Numbered from the stretch's first letter, positions 25,290-34,730 are shown. The stretch: DNA of 44,149 nucleotides from an uncultured Gammaproteobacteria bacterium (GCA_964515005.1 CAZEVT010000001.1:376720-420868), one strand, 5' to 3'. A program made the numbers and translations. Notes: generated by a model from the sequence alone, not told the origin.

Positions 25290-27230
25290 ATGAAGAAATA
25301 CATCCAAGCACTGCTTGAAGGAATTCTTGAGTCGATGGGACTTGAGGAAGCAGTCAGTCCACAGGTTTCGGTTCCGGAAAATCCGGTCCACGGGGACTAC
25401 ACCACGAACGTTGCAATGCTTCTTGCGGGGGAGTTGAAAAAATCGCCGCTGAAAATCGCAGAAGACCTAAAAGGTATGATCCAAAAAGATCAAACTGTAT
25501 CACGTGCGGGAATTGTCGACCGTGTGGAAATAGCGCCCCCAGGCTTCCTAAATCTGTTTCTCTCCGAGGCTAATCTTATCAGTCAGGTATCGGAAGCGCT
25601 AAAAATGGGCGAGGCATATGGTTCTGTGATGAAATCCCCCTTCGCCAAGGCTTTGGGGGACGAGGTGAAGCCAAAAAAGACCCTCGAAAAAGGCAAGAAA
25701 ACAGAAGAAGAAATAGCAGGTTTCACGGATAGGCAATATACCTCAAAACAGAGCAAAAAAGACCGCCAAATTTCCCGTAAATCCGCCGTACCGGAAAATT
25801 TAGCCCGTCAAAACAATAAAAACGAGGTAAATGGTATAGGCGAATTAATTCCCGAAGGGGCAAAAAAGAGAATTATGATAGAGTTTGCCGACCCCAATCC
25901 TTTTAAAGAAATTCACATCGGTCATGTCCGAAACATAGCCCTTGGCGAAAGTTTTTGCAGGCTTTTGGAATCGCAGGGGAATGAAGTCCGTCGGGCAAAC
26001 TATGAAGGCGATGTCGGACTGCATGTTGCCAAGAGTCTGTGGGGTCTTGAAAGACTTGGGAAAGACGGCGTAGACATCAGTGGAGTGGGATTAGATACTC
26101 AAGGGAAAGCAGCTCTCCTGGGGCGGGCCTATGCTGTCGGGAGCAAGGCGTTTGAAGACAATGCATCGGCGAAGGAAGAGATGATTGGGGTAAACAAGAA
26201 ACTATACGCGATGGACGAGGGAATCATTGCTCCTTGGAGGCGCGGCCGCCAGTGGAGCCTGGACTACTTTGAAACCGTCTATGGCCGCCTCGGCACGCAC
26301 TTTGACCGGTATTACTTTGAGTCTGAAGTGGCGCCAATAGGCGCTGCATTGGTTCAAAAGCACCTTGATGACGGCATTTTTGAAAAAAGCGAGGGCGCAA
26401 TCGTCTATCGCGGTGAAAAAGTCGGCCTCCACACACGGGTGTTTGTGACGAAAGAGCATTATGCCACGTATGAAGCCAAAGATTTAGCCTTGGCGCCGCT
26501 GAAATACTCCGAATGGCCCTATGATAGCTCGATTATCATGACCGGCAATGAGCAGTCGGAGTACTTTAAGGTCATGCTGGCGGCACTTGCCGAGATTAAT
26601 CCCGAACTAGCCTCAAGAACGCGACATATACCCTTTGGGATGGTGCGGCTGACTACCGGCAAAATGTCTTCACGTACAGGGGCTGTCATCACTGCCGACT
26701 GGCTCACAGAAGAAGCTAAAAAGCGTATCTATACCATTCTGGAAAATAATAAGTCAAACTATAGCAAGATAGAAAAAGATGACATTGCTGAAAAAGCCGC
26801 AATAGGGGCGATTAAGTACTCTATGCTTCGGGTAAATGCGATCAGTGATATAGCGTTTGACATAGAAGCATCGGTATCATTTGAGGGGGATAGCGGACCG
26901 TATCTCCAATATACCTATGCCCGCGCAAAAAGCGTTCTTCGTAAGGCTGGACAGGGTACAGGGGATAAGGTACAGGGTTTAAACCCTGAAGAACGGATTC
27001 TCGCCCGATCCATCATGCAATTCTCTGATGTCGTGTCTGAAGCGGCTGAAAACTTTGCACCAAATACTATTTGTACCTATCTATTTCATCTGGCCCAGCA
27101 GTTCAATCTGTTTTATGCGAAGCACCCGATTGTCGGAAATGATCTTCGACTCACACTCACTGCCGCTACAGCCCAGGTTCTAAAAAACGGTTTGTATCTT
27201 TTGGGAATAGAAACCATGGAAAAGATGTAA
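25290..27230 (+). CDS. argS: Arginine--tRNA ligase with a large insertion
   Basis: HGDYTTN, PGFLN, EFADPNPFKEIHIGHVRN, KMSSRTG, FEGDSGPYLQYTYAR, C-terminal LGIETMEKM. Confidence 0.97.
   Translation: MKKYIQALLEGILESMGLEEAVSPQVSVPENPVHGDYTTNVAMLLAGELKKSPLKIAEDLKGMIQKDQTVSRAGIVDRVEIAPPGFLNLFLSEANLISQVSEALKMGEAYGSVMKSPFAKALGDEVKPKKTLEKGKKTEEEIAGFTDRQYTSKQSKKDRQISRKSAVPENLARQNNKNEVNGIGELIPEGAKKRIMIEFADPNPFKEIHIGHVRNIALGESFCRLLESQGNEVRRANYEGDVGLHVAKSLWGLERLGKDGVDISGVGLDTQGKAALLGRAYAVGSKAFEDNASAKEEMIGVNKKLYAMDEGIIAPWRRGRQWSLDYFETVYGRLGTHFDRYYFESEVAPIGAALVQKHLDDGIFEKSEGAIVYRGEKVGLHTRVFVTKEHYATYEAKDLALAPLKYSEWPYDSSIIMTGNEQSEYFKVMLAALAEINPELASRTRHIPFGMVRLTTGKMSSRTGAVITADWLTEEAKKRIYTILENNKSNYSKIEKDDIAEKAAIGAIKYSMLRVNAISDIAFDIEASVSFEGDSGPYLQYTYARAKSVLRKAGQGTGDKVQGLNPEERILARSIMQFSDVVSEAAENFAPNTICTYLFHLAQQFNLFYAKHPIVGNDLRLTLTAATAQVLKNGLYLLGIETMEKM
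25635..25660. repeat. Short REP-like palindrome (copy B), in frame within argS
   Basis: TCCCCC-TTCGCCAAGGCTTT-GGGGGA, encoding SPFAKALGD. Confidence 0.7.
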
Positions 27231-27277
27231 ACAATGTCTTTGTGTGATAGAATAATTTTTAAGAAATGGAGGTTCTT

Positions 27278-27568
27278 ATGCTAGAAGGAAACACAGCAGA
27301 GGAAACCAGTGCTGGGAGTCAAAGCGTCACTCCTCCGAGCGCTGACGATGTTATCAAGTGGGCCGAAGCAGACGCTCTGCGACGAGAAAAGAATCGGTCC
27401 AAAGGAAAGTCAAAGTTTGAATCAAGAGAAGGAGTAGAAGTTTCGAAAAAAGTGCAACGATTCACGGTCGTACGTACCGGTGTTGCAGAGGAAGCAATGG
27501 TTAAAGGAGCCCCGATAGTTGGTATTTCTGGTTCACGTCCAGTTAAGCCAGAAAATATAGTGAAGTGA
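27278..27568 (+). CDS. Hypothetical protein
   Basis: ORF with TAGAAT -10 and GGAGG SD before ATG 27278 (alternative start 27266). Confidence 0.6.
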   Translation: MLEGNTAEETSAGSQSVTPPSADDVIKWAEADALRREKNRSKGKSKFESREGVEVSKKVQRFTVVRTGVAEEAMVKGAPIVGISGSRPVKPENIVK

Positions 27569-27579
27569 TGAGGCGGAGG

Positions 27580-27768
27580 TTAGCGAATTATTCTTGCGAC
27601 AGCCTTGGGATCCACACGAGCCTGAACCGCCCGTATTTCAATTCTTTTGTCTGAAAATGGTCCGTTTGGATTTTCTTTGTGAACAATGACGGCTTGTTTG
27701 AGCAAGTCATTTAGGCTGTTGAAAGCCATACTCTCTTCATGACTTTTTTGAACTTCTATTTTTTTCAT
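27580..27768 (-). CDS. Small hypothetical protein (62 aa)
   Basis: 3' part of ORF 27580-28044; TG-G-TATAAT lies 7 nt before ATG 27768, and this start avoids overlap with the next gene. Confidence 0.55.
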   Translation of the reverse strand: MKKIEVQKSHEESMAFNSLNDLLKQAVIVHKENPNGPFSDKRIEIRAVQARVDPKAVARIIR

Positions 27769-27799
27769 ATACGTAATTATACCACAAGCGCAATCTAAT

Positions 27800-28813
27800 T
27801 CAAGTATCGTGATGCGTCCAGACAGGGATACCGAGCCGTGGCGCGACAAAGTTATAGATTTCCTGATTCCGGCAGATGAGAACGGGGACACGCGGTCCGA
27901 CTTTATGACGGGATGCATATTGAATGATATGCTCGGTGTGTATAATCTGTCCTTTGTTTCCCCGTGAGATGGCCCCGGCCTGGTTGGCGACATAGCCCCA
28001 CAGTTCATACCACGGTTGGCCTTTGGTGATGTCGACCATGACATCGGTGGGGGCGCCTATAGGAAACAACATGTCCAAGAGTGCAAATCCACCGAATGTA
28101 GGCTGAATGTTAATGGAGATCTCGGGATCGTGAAATAGCGAAAGTTCTTTTATGGCCTCAAGCCTCCTTGGGAGTACGGCCACCCGAAGAGTTTTTGACT
28201 CCGTGCGCCATGGTTGCTGTATTGGATACTCCATTTGAAGACGTTTGGTATTGTGATCATAAAACAGATAGGTTGTGTAGTTGCCTTCGGTCATGATAAT
28301 ACGTTGGTCTACTAAGCTTGCAATCGCCGCTGCTTCGAAGGATCCATCAGGTCGGGTGATGACAATACTCGTCGATTGTACCGCCCGTGGGGGCTCCGCG
28401 GTGAGTGCGCTGGTTTCATCGACAGGGTCCACCATCACTAAATGCTTGCCGACATATAATGGATGGTCAGGGATAAATTGCCATACCGGCGTTTCTTCAA
28501 CGAACAATTTGACGGGTGTCACAGCGGACTGCTCTGTAAGCAGCATCCGTACAAGGTCACCGCCGATTTCATCAATTGCCAAATGGGGATTATACTCGGG
28601 TCCTCCGGTTTGCGTAAGAAGTGACGGGGTTGTGTGACGATTGTCAATCAGCGGGCGCAATAGTTCGCTTGCCGCCAACGCATACGTAAGACACGTGGAT
28701 CCTTCCGGTGAAAGGGGCAATTCTCCCAGACGCAGAATGGCACGGGCATGGTCAAGGGACGCCTGATAGGCTCCATCATGTGGGGTCCCACGTTCTTCCA
28801 GTTTATTCTGCAT
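27800..28813 (-). CDS. Inositol monophosphatase/FBPase-superfamily protein, divergent
   Basis: FVEE and VMVDPVDET resemble the EE and DPxDGT metal-binding motifs. Confidence 0.6.
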   Translation of the reverse strand: MQNKLEERGTPHDGAYQASLDHARAILRLGELPLSPEGSTCLTYALAASELLRPLIDNRHTTPSLLTQTGGPEYNPHLAIDEIGGDLVRMLLTEQSAVTPVKLFVEETPVWQFIPDHPLYVGKHLVMVDPVDETSALTAEPPRAVQSTSIVITRPDGSFEAAAIASLVDQRIIMTEGNYTTYLFYDHNTKRLQMEYPIQQPWRTESKTLRVAVLPRRLEAIKELSLFHDPEISINIQPTFGGFALLDMLFPIGAPTDVMVDITKGQPWYELWGYVANQAGAISRGNKGQIIHTEHIIQYASRHKVGPRVPVLICRNQEIYNFVAPRLGIPVWTHHDT

Positions 28814-28974
28814 AGTGATAAGAACCCTATTGTACCATGCCAAAGCCATGACGGGCGTACGTCATAAAAAACGGCTTGAATTTTCCGGGAATCCCATACT
28901 GGGAAATTACGTTATTTTACCGTTATGAGAGACTTAGTTGATTATACCATTACAATAGGCTAAAATTGGCCATC

Positions 28975-30135
28975 ATGGTTTACCAAGAAACATCAGTAAA
29001 TAAAGAGAGAATACACCCCAATAAGTATCTAAATGACTACGTGACATTTTACGCGTTACAGTACTTAGATGAGTCCGGTATTTTGACTGCACTCAAGGAG
29101 CGTAGAGAGATTGCGCTTGGATCCAAAGAGTCGGTTATTCAGCGGGGTATCATGAATCATTTTGTGGGGTTGGGAGTTTTGGAACGAGATGGTGGTACGT
29201 ATCGTCTGATTAAGGAGTTGCCGAAGTCGGAAGATGTAGTGCGAGGAAAATTTTTTGTTGAAGCGGTGGCTATAGCGCAGAGAAAAGTTTCGTTGAATGA
29301 AGGAACATCCGTTCGCTCATTGATCGATAAAGACGTTCCCGCGCTACTTACTGGTTACTCTGGCCAGTGTCTCATGGCGTATTCATACCGGGAACTTTTA
29401 GAAAGCTTATATGCTGTGGATAAGGGAAAAAAGAAAGCGGGAAGGGTACAACCGGATAATGCGTTGGGATCAGGAAAAATGATTGAACAAGCTGCAGCCC
29501 GCATTGGGGGAATGATTGCCAATTTTCTTCTTAAAAACAACATCCACGATATAAACATTCTGGAACTAGGCAGCGGAAATGCCAAAGTAATTGTAAATAT
29601 TGTAAAACAATCACTGGAGAAAGGCATACACGTATCCAATGTACTTCCTTCTGATAAAGACAAAGCAACGAGGGGTCCAGCAGAAACTACGTTTAAGAAC
29701 GAGAAAGTGAGTGAGTACTTTAACTGGATGCCGATTGACATGGGAAATTATGATGATATGAAAACAGCAGCGGAAGCAACCCAGGGAAAGCAAGTCGTCA
29801 TCGATATCGGCTATATCCTTCATGAGTCAAAAGAGCTTGCTTTCAGTACGCTCAAAAATATCAAAGCATTATTTCCGAATGCGATTCTTGCTATATGTGA
29901 AGTGTTTCGACAAGATATAATTACGGACATGGTCCAGCTGTGGTTTCGGACGATCCATGACGTTTCCGGTCAGGAACTCTTTTATTACCATGAGTTCATG
30001 TCTGCTTTTGATTCTATTGACTTCGTTGAAGTCGACCGGGAGGTACTCAACGCACCGGATAATCCCGATGATCCACCGCTCAACGCAGTACTCCTATTTA
30101 TTTCGAAAAATCAGGCTGCTCGAACAAAAATTTGA
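28975..30135 (+). CDS. Class I SAM-dependent methyltransferase with N-terminal winged-helix-like region
   Basis: ILELGSGNA motif I, IDM, GYILHE; N-terminal HFVGLGVLERDGGTYRL typical of O-methyltransferase dimerisation regions. Confidence 0.75.
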   Translation: MVYQETSVNKERIHPNKYLNDYVTFYALQYLDESGILTALKERREIALGSKESVIQRGIMNHFVGLGVLERDGGTYRLIKELPKSEDVVRGKFFVEAVAIAQRKVSLNEGTSVRSLIDKDVPALLTGYSGQCLMAYSYRELLESLYAVDKGKKKAGRVQPDNALGSGKMIEQAAARIGGMIANFLLKNNIHDINILELGSGNAKVIVNIVKQSLEKGIHVSNVLPSDKDKATRGPAETTFKNEKVSEYFNWMPIDMGNYDDMKTAAEATQGKQVVIDIGYILHESKELAFSTLKNIKALFPNAILAICEVFRQDIITDMVQLWFRTIHDVSGQELFYYHEFMSAFDSIDFVEVDREVLNAPDNPDDPPLNAVLLFISKNQAARTKI

Positions 30136-30171
30136 GTTTAAAATTCCAAACTCCTTCCGGGAACTAAGATT

Positions 30172-30726
30172 TTAAGGGGTCACCGGTACCGCCCGGGTTA
30201 CGAAGCGCAAGGAGTCCAGGAGTCCCGTGCAGGTATAGAGGGTAACCACTTCGATGTTAGTGGGGGAAAGAAGCTCCGTTTGGCTTGGCGGGACAATCTG
30301 CGTTTTCGTTATTTTGTACCGGTACAGCTTGCCGTCGCTCGTTCGAATACTCACGGGATCACCGACTCTGGCATCTACCAGGTAGCCAAAGACGGTATTG
30401 AGATTATGCCCGTATATGATGACATTGCCCTCCTCTCCCGGCCGGGCCGATGTAATGACATGGTTGGCGGCCGTCCGCGACACCGTCCAGACGCCATTCA
30501 TCTTGCCTCCTTCGACCACCTGGAGGCCAATGGTATTTCCCACAGTGATATGCGTAGGGAAGGCCACTTGATCCGTATTTGGCCTATAGGCCGCAAGAAG
30601 GGCATCTGACAGGCTCAAAGACCGGTTGTAGAAGAACTGATGTACGCCCCAGAGCCCTACCATAACCAAGCCTATGGCCACGAGCACGTAGGGGGTAGTC
30701 TTTGTCTTTTTTCTTCGTTTTGCCAT
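30172..30726 (-). CDS. Sortase
   Basis: N-terminal TM, GNVIIYGHN (His), VTLYTCTG (Cys), downstream Arg (LRFV). Confidence 0.93.
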   Translation of the reverse strand: MAKRRKKTKTTPYVLVAIGLVMVGLWGVHQFFYNRSLSLSDALLAAYRPNTDQVAFPTHITVGNTIGLQVVEGGKMNGVWTVSRTAANHVITSARPGEEGNVIIYGHNLNTVFGYLVDARVGDPVSIRTSDGKLYRYKITKTQIVPPSQTELLSPTNIEVVTLYTCTGLLDSLRFVTRAVPVTP

Positions 30727-30745
30727 GCCTCTATTATACTCCATG

Positions 30746-30771
30746 AAAAAAGGCCCCGCGGGGCCTTTTTT
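30746..30771. terminator. Intrinsic terminator (symmetric)
   Basis: AAAAAAGGCCCC-GC-GGGGCCTTTTTT downstream of the 30809-31423 gene. Confidence 0.85.
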
Positions 30772-30808
30772 CCTACTGCAAAAGCAGAACTATTGTTACG
30801 AAGTAGAG

Positions 30809-31423
30809 TTATTTGTTGAATTTCTTTTTAGCAATCATTGCAAGGCCGCTGGCGGTTGAAAGTCCACCGAGGGCGCCTACTGCATTCATGAGCATGTCAA
30901 CTGTCGTTCCCGTGCCTGCAAAGTCTGTGCTGGCACCGAGTACTTGGCCACTTGGAGCTTTGGTACATTCCGGACAGCTTGAGCGTCCATCGCTTCGGCC
31001 GTCTGAAAGTCCGTCTCCAGGTCCACCCGTGTTGGTAGACGATTGCGTCTGTTCCGGTGTCGGCGTAGGTGTCGGCGTCACACACTCTTCCTCTTCCGGA
31101 TCGCATTGCACCGGCGTTGGTGTCGGAGTAGGTGTCGGCGTCGATGCATTGTCTTCACACCATTCATCTCCATCATGGGTCGGTTTACCATCGTCTGTCG
31201 GACCCTGATAGAGAAAATCTCCTTCATGGTCGTCATGGCCATTCCAATGACCGTCATCATTCACGCGGATGGCTTCATAATCGCCGTTCCCTTTTTGATG
31301 ACAGATATTTACTTTAGCCTGTGCTATAGAAAGTACTTGGGTAGGATGGGCAAATAACAATGCGCCCAGTGTAAAAGCAGAAACACCAGCAAGAGTCAAA
31401 ACGCGAAGCATGTGATTTTTCAT
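30809..31423 (-). CDS. Secreted PT-repeat protein, probable sortase substrate
   Basis: Signal peptide; ICH..GH..H.GD His/Asp-rich domain; (PT)n linkers; C-terminal FAGTG + hydrophobic stretch + KKKFNK; adjacent to the sortase. Confidence 0.8.
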   Translation of the reverse strand: MKNHMLRVLTLAGVSAFTLGALLFAHPTQVLSIAQAKVNICHQKGNGDYEAIRVNDDGHWNGHDDHEGDFLYQGPTDDGKPTHDGDEWCEDNASTPTPTPTPTPVQCDPEEEECVTPTPTPTPEQTQSSTNTGGPGDGLSDGRSDGRSSCPECTKAPSGQVLGASTDFAGTGTTVDMLMNAVGALGGLSTASGLAMIAKKKFNK

Positions 31424-31526
31424 AATACCTTCCTTTTGGCAGGAAATGATTAATGTTTTGGGAATATATCATACTAGAGGTTAGTATGTCAATAGGGATC
31501 TTCAGTAGATCAAAACAGGGGATGAG

Positions 31527-32219
31527 TTACTTGGCTCTTGCGGCGGCACTCACGGCAGCATAGGCAGCTTGACCGCCCCGAACCGGGACAATCGAAAAGT
31601 AGTACATTTTGCCTGAAGTGAGCGCGCCGACGGTGTATGAATTCATTGGTTGTCTTCCCACATTGAGTGCTCCCCACTTCTGGACGCCGGGTGCATCGCC
31701 ATAGACGACATGATAATTTGATGTATCCCCGAAAGCATTCAGCCAAGTAAGTGTAACTTGGCCTTTGCCGGGGCCGGGTTTGGCACTAAGTGAATGTTTG
31801 CCGATGGGTCCGGTAAAGAAGGTTGTGGCGGCTGATCCTGTCGCTGCTTTTGCCATGACCGATTGGGTGACATAATTGACCGATCCATCTGCTCGAACAC
31901 TCGTGAGATGGAAATAATACGTTGTGCCTGGAGAAAGGGATTTGATGGTATATCGGTTCAGGTTTCCGGTTTCGGGATTAGCCCGACCGACGTTGAGTGC
32001 GCCGTACATATCTTTACCGACAACGGTGCCGTAGGAAACGTGGAAATTCACGCTCTCCGGTAAGGCCTGAATCCATTTGAGGGTGACCATGCCGGCTTCG
32101 GGGCCGCTTTCTGCTTGCAGCATCTGTTTATCCACAGGGCCACTCGTATACGCCGCATGAACACGTGAAAAAGGAACAAGCGTAAGAATAAAAAGAACGG
32201 GCAAGAAAAACCTTTTCAT
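31527..32219 (-). CDS. Secreted protein with two fibronectin type III-like repeats
   Basis: Signal peptide; duplicated VTLxW..YG..GALNVGR..YTxxxLxxGxxYYF units. Confidence 0.82.
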   Translation of the reverse strand: MKRFFLPVLFILTLVPFSRVHAAYTSGPVDKQMLQAESGPEAGMVTLKWIQALPESVNFHVSYGTVVGKDMYGALNVGRANPETGNLNRYTIKSLSPGTTYYFHLTSVRADGSVNYVTQSVMAKAATGSAATTFFTGPIGKHSLSAKPGPGKGQVTLTWLNAFGDTSNYHVVYGDAPGVQKWGALNVGRQPMNSYTVGALTSGKMYYFSIVPVRGGQAAYAAVSAAARAK

Positions 32220-32277
32220 ATGTTCAATAACTAATATTTCACGGTTTGTACATTGTTGTCAAGTACCCAATTTGAAG

Positions 32278-33522
32278 CTACCAGCCCAATAGCTGTCCCG
32301 CGACACCCAGGATTGATGCTGCCGAGATAATGATGGTTGCCCCAATGAGGAGCGAGTTTTGGAATTTGGTGTTTACATAGGTTCCCATGATTGCCGCGTT
32401 ATTGGCAAACTGATAGAGGAAGTAGAAGATAATAGGCAATATGGCTCCGTTGACGAAATTGGCAATGAGCGTGATTGTGAAAAGCGACACGTTGGGCATA
32501 AGCGCGACCCCCATGGCAATGACCAGCTGGACCAGAAGCGTCGCGTAAAACAGCCGGCTTTTGCGGAAATTTTCGTCCAGTGAGCCTGAATAGCCGAAAA
32601 ACTCGGAAAACGCGTATGCGGTCGTCAGGGCAACCACGATGCACCCCAGCATTCCGGCTCCCAAAAGACCAAGGCCAAAAAGGAGCCCGGTAAACTCGCC
32701 CGCAAACGGGCGGATGGCGATGGCAGCGGAGGCTGCATCCGTGACCGGGATGTGGTTGACAAAAAGTGTGGCGGCAACGGCAACGATAATGAAAAAACAA
32801 AGCGCGTTGGTGAGGACCGCGCCGATATAGATCTCCGCCCTGTTGTATTTCAGGTGCTCGGTCGTCAGCCGCTTGTCTTTCACATACGAGTTGATGAAAA
32901 ACTGCCCCCAGGCGGTGACGGTCGTTCCCAAAACGGCGATTGCTACGTAGAGAAATCGGGGGGTCAAGGGCCCTTTGGGAATAAGAAGCGCGGTTGTTGC
33001 CTCCTGCCAATTGGGATTGGCGAAAAAGGCAGAAGCGATGTAGGTCACGTAAAAGGCAATGAGGACAAAAAGAAACCGTTCTATCATATTGTAGCGGGCA
33101 AGGACGACAAACAGATAGAGGGCGGCGATGATGGCAGGCAGGAAGATCGTGGGATTGAGGCCAAAGAGGGCAAGGGCGGCTTTCATGCCGGAGACATCCT
33201 GCACAACGACCGCGAGATTGACGAAGAACAAAAGCGCATAGACGAATATCGCAACCCGGATGCCGTGGCGTTCGCGGATGAGGTCGGCAAATCCCTTTTC
33301 CGCCACAATTGCGATTCGTGCCCCTATTTCCTGGGTGACGGCAAGAAGAATGGTAATGGGGAGAATAATAATGAGAATCTGATAGCCGAATGTGGCCGCA
33401 GCCACCGAATACGTCGCGACCCCGGCCGCATCATTATCGGCAAACGCGCTGATGAGGCCCGGGCCAAAGATAGCAAGGGCCAGAATGATGCGTTTTCTCC
33501 ATCTTTTGATCCAATCTCTCAT
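32278..33522 (-). CDS. NRAMP-family (NRAMP-related) divalent metal transporter
   Basis: GPGLISAFADNDAAGVATY, QEIGARI, LGTTVTAW; about 11 TM segments. Confidence 0.9.
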   Translation of the reverse strand: MRDWIKRWRKRIILALAIFGPGLISAFADNDAAGVATYSVAAATFGYQILIIILPITILLAVTQEIGARIAIVAEKGFADLIRERHGIRVAIFVYALLFFVNLAVVVQDVSGMKAALALFGLNPTIFLPAIIAALYLFVVLARYNMIERFLFVLIAFYVTYIASAFFANPNWQEATTALLIPKGPLTPRFLYVAIAVLGTTVTAWGQFFINSYVKDKRLTTEHLKYNRAEIYIGAVLTNALCFFIIVAVAATLFVNHIPVTDAASAAIAIRPFAGEFTGLLFGLGLLGAGMLGCIVVALTTAYAFSEFFGYSGSLDENFRKSRLFYATLLVQLVIAMGVALMPNVSLFTITLIANFVNGAILPIIFYFLYQFANNAAIMGTYVNTKFQNSLLIGATIIISAASILGVAGQLLGW

Positions 33523-34730
33523 AGCATTTTTTCCTGTATGGACTCGGCTAAATCGTCAAAGGTGACGATGCCTAATATTTGTTTTTTATCGTCGATGACC
33601 GGGAGAGCCTCGATTTTGTACTTGAGCATACGCTTGATCGCTATCTCAACCGGGGTGGTGAGGTGGATAACAACGACAGAAGGCGTCATAAAGCGGTACA
33701 GAGGCGTGTCCGCGGCGGTCAGGAGGAGCTCGTGAAGGTTGACGGCCCCCACAAGCTGACCCTCGCGGTTGACGGCAAATACGTAGGAAAGCGCTGAAAA
33801 CTCCTTTGTTTCTTTCCCGATTCTTCTTTTTATGGACAGCGCGGTTTCGTCGGGACTCGCCGTGAAAAATTCGCTCGTAATGAGACCCCCGATTGGGGTT
33901 TTGGCAAGAGATAAAAGCGAAGAGAGCTCTTTTGACTTCTGCGGCGTCAAGGCCTTCAGAATGGCATCCCGCCGAGCTTCGGTCACCGTGAGGAGAATAT
34001 CGACTGCCTCATCCGGGTCCATACGCGTGATGAGTTTACTGGCTCGCTCCGGCGTAAAGAGCTTAAACAAATTCTGCTGATAGGAAATATTGAGGCTCTC
34101 GACGACCTGGGCCGCAAGGCCTTCTTCCATAAGATCGAGAACCCGGGTGATGTTTCGTATGCTCATGGTCTCCAGATGATCCGCCAAATCCTCGGGCATG
34201 AGGCGCGAAAGTTTTTTCTCTTCCTTTTTGAGGACTACGGTGCCGCGCGCAAGCGCCAGCGGCTGGATGTCTGCCCACGAGAGGAAGCGCGACGTGACGG
34301 TTTTACCCAGGAGCCGGAAGAGTCGCCCGAACGTTTCATCAACGCCAAACCAGCGCAAGATCCCGATAATCCCGACGTCGACGCCGGCAATCATCAGTAT
34401 CGGTTTGTCCTGGATTGCCACGTCATTGACGCGGACGACTTTGTTGCCTTTGATGTCGATAATTTGCTGATCGAGGACATTTTTTCGGATATACAACTCG
34501 TTTTCCGAAAGCGACTCGATGCTAAAGCCGTCGGCGATCGTCACGGCGGAATTCAACTTTCTTATTTGTGCCACCGGAATGACATAGATGTGATTTTTGC
34601 CGCCAGATACGACCACCTTGGTGACGATAGGCTGGGTTGCGGCCAGAAACACAAGGTCGGTCAGACGGCCTAATTTGGCACCGTTTTCGGTGACGACCCG
34701 GCGGCCGGAGAGTTCAGAAAAATAGAGCAT
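33519..34730 (-). CDS. Soluble PRC-barrel + MgtE N-terminal + CBS-pair protein
   Basis: LDQQIIDIKGNKVVRVND, PEDLADHLE, MDPDEAVDIL, CBS motifs (LVGAVNLHELL, LPVIDDKKQILGIVTFDD); no TM; 4-nt overlap with the transporter. Confidence 0.88.
   Translation of the reverse strand: MLYFSELSGRRVVTENGAKLGRLTDLVFLAATQPIVTKVVVSGGKNHIYVIPVAQIRKLNSAVTIADGFSIESLSENELYIRKNVLDQQIIDIKGNKVVRVNDVAIQDKPILMIAGVDVGIIGILRWFGVDETFGRLFRLLGKTVTSRFLSWADIQPLALARGTVVLKKEEKKLSRLMPEDLADHLETMSIRNITRVLDLMEEGLAAQVVESLNISYQQNLFKLFTPERASKLITRMDPDEAVDILLTVTEARRDAILKALTPQKSKELSSLLSLAKTPIGGLITSEFFTASPDETALSIKRRIGKETKEFSALSYVFAVNREGQLVGAVNLHELLLTAADTPLYRFMTPSVVVIHLTTPVEIAIKRMLKYKIEALPVIDDKKQILGIVTFDDLAESIQEKML

Noticed and set aside
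25622-25860. Intein or intron in argS
   Set aside because: No C/S...HN splice motifs or group I/II features, and the frame stays open.
32752-33735. 327-aa plus-strand ORF
   Set aside because: It is antisense to the well-supported NRAMP-like and MgtE_N genes.
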